From a virus (lineage: Duplodnaviria > Caudoviricetes), in IMG/VR virus record IMGVR_UViG_3300032330_001293, positions 1 through 26,655 of that record: DNA of 26,655 nucleotides; one strand, given 5' to 3'. The stretch's first letter is position 1. The number at the start of each line of letters is the position of its first letter. Below, one piece after another: positions 24,145-26,655 of the stretch. A program made the translations under genes and the position numbers. The notes beneath the pieces are model-generated. The model saw nothing but the letters and a program-made list of their open reading frames with translations, did not search any database and was not told the DNA's origin.

Positions 24145-25101
24145 ATGGCTATAAAAGATGAGTTCAAGTTCCCCGACGAAATCGAGGACAAGAACACGCC
24201 CGAGCTTGAGATTGAGATTGAAGGCGAAGGTGAAGTAGACATCGAGATTGAAGACGACACCCCTGAACGTGACAGAGGCCGCAAGCCTTTGGACAAGGAA
24301 GTGGCGGACCCCACAGACGAAGAGATCGAAACTTACTCTGACAAAGTTAAGACGCGTATCAAGGAACTGACGCATGCCCGCCACGACGAGCGACGTGCCA
24401 AAGAAACCACACTTCGTGAAAAACAAGAGCTGGAGCGTCTAGCACAGCAGTTGATTGAGGAGAACAAACGCCTCAAGCAAAACGTTTACACAGGACAAGA
24501 AGCGATCATTGAAGGTGCGAAGTCAAAGGCGGAGGCAGAACTTGCCATGGCCCGTCGCAAACTCAAAGAAGCGCAGGAGTCCTACGATACTGACGCAATC
24601 ATTGCCGCACAAGAAGAGGTGATGGACGCCAAGATCAAAGTTGAACAAACAAAGAATTTTCGGCCTACCCCTTTACAGGAAGAAAATTTTGATGTACAAA
24701 CGCCTCAAGCCCAACCTGCAAAGGTTGAGCCCGACGAAAAGACTCTGCGCTGGCAGGCAAAAAACCAGTGGTTCGGGCAACAAGGGTTTGAGGAATACAC
24801 CAGCTACGCACTAGGGCTGCATCAAAAGCTAGTCACAAACGGAGTGGATCCCCGCTCTGCTGAATACTTCGAGCAAATTGATGCTCGCATGAAGTCAACG
24901 TTTCCTGATTTGTTTGGGCAAACGAATGACAAGCCAAGGTCTGGTGAGGTTCAAAAGAAGCCTACGACAGTGGTTGCCTCTGTCTCGCGTTCTACGAGCG
25001 CAGGAAAGATCAAGTTGACGACTACGCAAGTAGCGTTGGCAAAGAAATTAGGTTTAACCCCGCAGCAATACGCTGCACAAGTAGCAAAACTGGAGAACTG
25101 A
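24145..25101 (+). CDS. Capsid scaffolding protein
   Basis: Acidic N-terminus, long coiled coil, NQWFG, and C-terminal helix-turn-helix QVALAKKLGLTPQQYA; lies upstream of the MCP. Confidence 0.8.
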   Translation: MAIKDEFKFPDEIEDKNTPELEIEIEGEGEVDIEIEDDTPERDRGRKPLDKEVADPTDEEIETYSDKVKTRIKELTHARHDERRAKETTLREKQELERLAQQLIEENKRLKQNVYTGQEAIIEGAKSKAEAELAMARRKLKEAQESYDTDAIIAAQEEVMDAKIKVEQTKNFRPTPLQEENFDVQTPQAQPAKVEPDEKTLRWQAKNQWFGQQGFEEYTSYALGLHQKLVTNGVDPRSAEYFEQIDARMKSTFPDLFGQTNDKPRSGEVQKKPTTVVASVSRSTSAGKIKLTTTQVALAKKLGLTPQQYAAQVAKLEN

Positions 25102-25102
25102 A

Positions 25103-25558
25103 ATGGCTGAAACAATTGACCGCAAAAATCGTGATCTGACGACACGCGAAAAATCTGCTCGTGCTGTATACGTACCGCCGACAAACTTGCCTGATCCAAC
25201 GCCTGAACCGGGCTATGTGTATCGCTGGGTGGCGACACACGTGCTTGGCCAAGCGGAAGTAACCAACGTATCTCGCAAAATGCGTGAAGGTTGGGTGCCG
25301 GTGAAGGCAGAAGACCATCCGGAATTGATGATGGCTGGAAACCCTCAGACTGGGAATGTGGAAATTGGTGGACTCATGCTTTGCAAGATGTCTGCTGAAA
25401 AAGCAAAAGCCCGCGACGAGTACTATGACCAGCAAGCTCAAAACCAGATGGACTCAGTTGACAATAGCTTCATGCGACAAAACGATCCGCGCATGCCGTT
25501 GTTTGCCGAACGCAAGTCGACATCAACGCGTGGTGGATTTGGTTCTGGTTCTAAATAA
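25103..25558 (+). CDS. Conserved head-module hypothetical protein
   Basis: PEPGYVYRWV, REGWVPV, GGLMLCK; between scaffold and capsid genes. Confidence 0.8.
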   Translation: MAETIDRKNRDLTTREKSARAVYVPPTNLPDPTPEPGYVYRWVATHVLGQAEVTNVSRKMREGWVPVKAEDHPELMMAGNPQTGNVEIGGLMLCKMSAEKAKARDEYYDQQAQNQMDSVDNSFMRQNDPRMPLFAERKSTSTRGGFGSGSK

Positions 25559-25574
25559 ACTTAGGAGTCCTTAA

Positions 25575-26198
25575 ATGGCATCTACTGCTTCTCCCTACGG
25601 CCTTCGCGCCGTAAATGAGTTGGGTGGCCTACCATACGCTGGTAGCACTCGACAATTTCTGATTGACCCCGCTGGTTACAACACGAACATTTTCAATGGT
25701 TCGATCGTTGCTTTGAACACCAACGGCTACCTCAATATCGTCACTACAAACGGCGACAACAGCACACCATTCCCCGCAGGCACAATCGGCGTTTTCGTCG
25801 GCTGCTCCTTCGTGAATGCACAAGGCCAAACAATCTACTCTCAGTACTACCCAGCCAACACAGCTTCTGTGAATGGTTCTGCTATTACTGCGTACGTGAT
25901 TGATGACGACCGCGCTGTGTTCCAAGTCCAGTCCGCTGGTACAGTGGCGCAAGCAGCTTTGGGCGCTAACGTGTACTTGAACGCTGTTCAGTCCACATCC
26001 ACAGGTAGCACTACCACTGGTAACTCAAATACCGCTGTTGTGGCTGGCTCTTCTGCCGCTACTACTTCTGGCTATGCGTTCCGTGTTGTCGGTTTTGCGA
26101 ACGTTCCCGGATTCTCAACTGTGGGCGACGCCTACACTGACATCTTGGTCAAGTTCAATCCCGGTGCCCATTCGTACTCTAACGCCACCGGCATCTAA
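25575..26198 (+). CDS. Putative capsid decoration/minor capsid protein
   Basis: A/G/T/S-rich, beta-type composition; AGGAG RBS; directly upstream of the MCP. Confidence 0.65.
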   Translation: MASTASPYGLRAVNELGGLPYAGSTRQFLIDPAGYNTNIFNGSIVALNTNGYLNIVTTNGDNSTPFPAGTIGVFVGCSFVNAQGQTIYSQYYPANTASVNGSAITAYVIDDDRAVFQVQSAGTVAQAALGANVYLNAVQSTSTGSTTTGNSNTAVVAGSSAATTSGYAFRVVGFANVPGFSTVGDAYTDILVKFNPGAHSYSNATGI

Positions 26199-26211
26199 GG
26201 AGATATAGACC

Positions 26212-26655
26212 ATGGCAATTTCACGCGCACAACTACTTAAAGAGTTGCTCCCCGGCCTGAACGCTTTGTTCGGTATGGAATACGCCCGTTACGGCGAAGA
26301 GCACAAAGAAATCTACGAAACAGAGAAATCTGAGCGTAGCTTCGAAGAAGAAACAAAGCTGGCTGGCTTTGGTTCTGCTCCAGTCAAGAACGAGGGCCAA
26401 GCCATTGCTTATGACAATGCGCAGGAAGCCTTCACAGCACGTTACAACCACGAGACTATCGCCCTCGGTTTCTCCATCACGGAAGAAGCTGTGGAAGATA
26501 ACTTGTACGACAGCTTGTCTGCTCGTTACACGAAATCTTTGGCCCGTGCTATGGCTTACACCAAGCAAGTTAAAGCCGCTTCCGTTATCAACAACGGTTT
26601 CAACGGTTCATACTTGGGTGGTGACGGCGTTACTTTGTTCGGTAACAACAGCTCC
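26212..26655 (+). CDS. Major capsid protein, N-terminal 148 aa; runs off the window edge
   Basis: Not in the track. AAGGAG RBS; MAISRAQLLKELLPGLNALFGMEY...SERSFEEE...K.EG..I.YD...ARYNHETIALGFSITEEAVEDNLY. Confidence 0.93.
   Translation, partial: MAISRAQLLKELLPGLNALFGMEYARYGEEHKEIYETEKSERSFEEETKLAGFGSAPVKNEGQAIAYDNAQEAFTARYNHETIALGFSITEEAVEDNLYDSLSARYTKSLARAMAYTKQVKAASVINNGFNGSYLGGDGVTLFGNNSS

Noticed and set aside
18866-26568. Minus-strand ORFs in the right arm (e.g. 21279-22166, 22641-23288)
   Set aside because: They are antisense shadows of terminase, portal and capsid genes.
1-26655. tRNA, integrase, reverse transcriptase/DGR, intron or intein
   Set aside because: No cloverleaf with a T-loop and no such protein motifs were seen. 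PolA and TerL have no evident insertions. This was checked by eye only.

Overview
A 26.7-kb segment of a tailed dsDNA phage genome, probably podovirus-like. A CTGT-N8-ACAG SOS box suggests a beta/gamma-proteobacterial host (inference). Two arms diverge from a control region at about 18.36-18.86 kb. The minus-strand arm carries many small early genes, a VWA-metallopeptidase/AAA-ATPase/DUF3150-like module, glutaredoxin, a VRR-NUC nuclease, family A DNA polymerase, a PD-(D/E)XK exonuclease, an HNH protein and a truncated SNF2 helicase. The plus-strand arm carries TerS, TerL, portal, GroES, scaffold, head proteins and the start of the major capsid protein. The most unusual observation is two small paralogous gene families in the replication arm (545-1704 and 6398-7125). 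Each has a shared carrier domain fused to short variable peptides resembling virion-assembly motifs. The scaffold C-terminal match is verifiable inside this window. The major-capsid C-terminal, P22-type coat N-terminal and weaker TerL/portal resemblances rest on recalled family consensus. This suggests an undescribed structural-peptide mimic or decoy system. Also noted: a candidate pseudoknotted ncRNA, a repeated GCGGAC-N5-GTCCGC palindrome at early-gene boundaries, an origin-like region, and a D-to-Y change at the expected TerL nuclease catalytic residue. All family assignments are by eye; no database searches were run.
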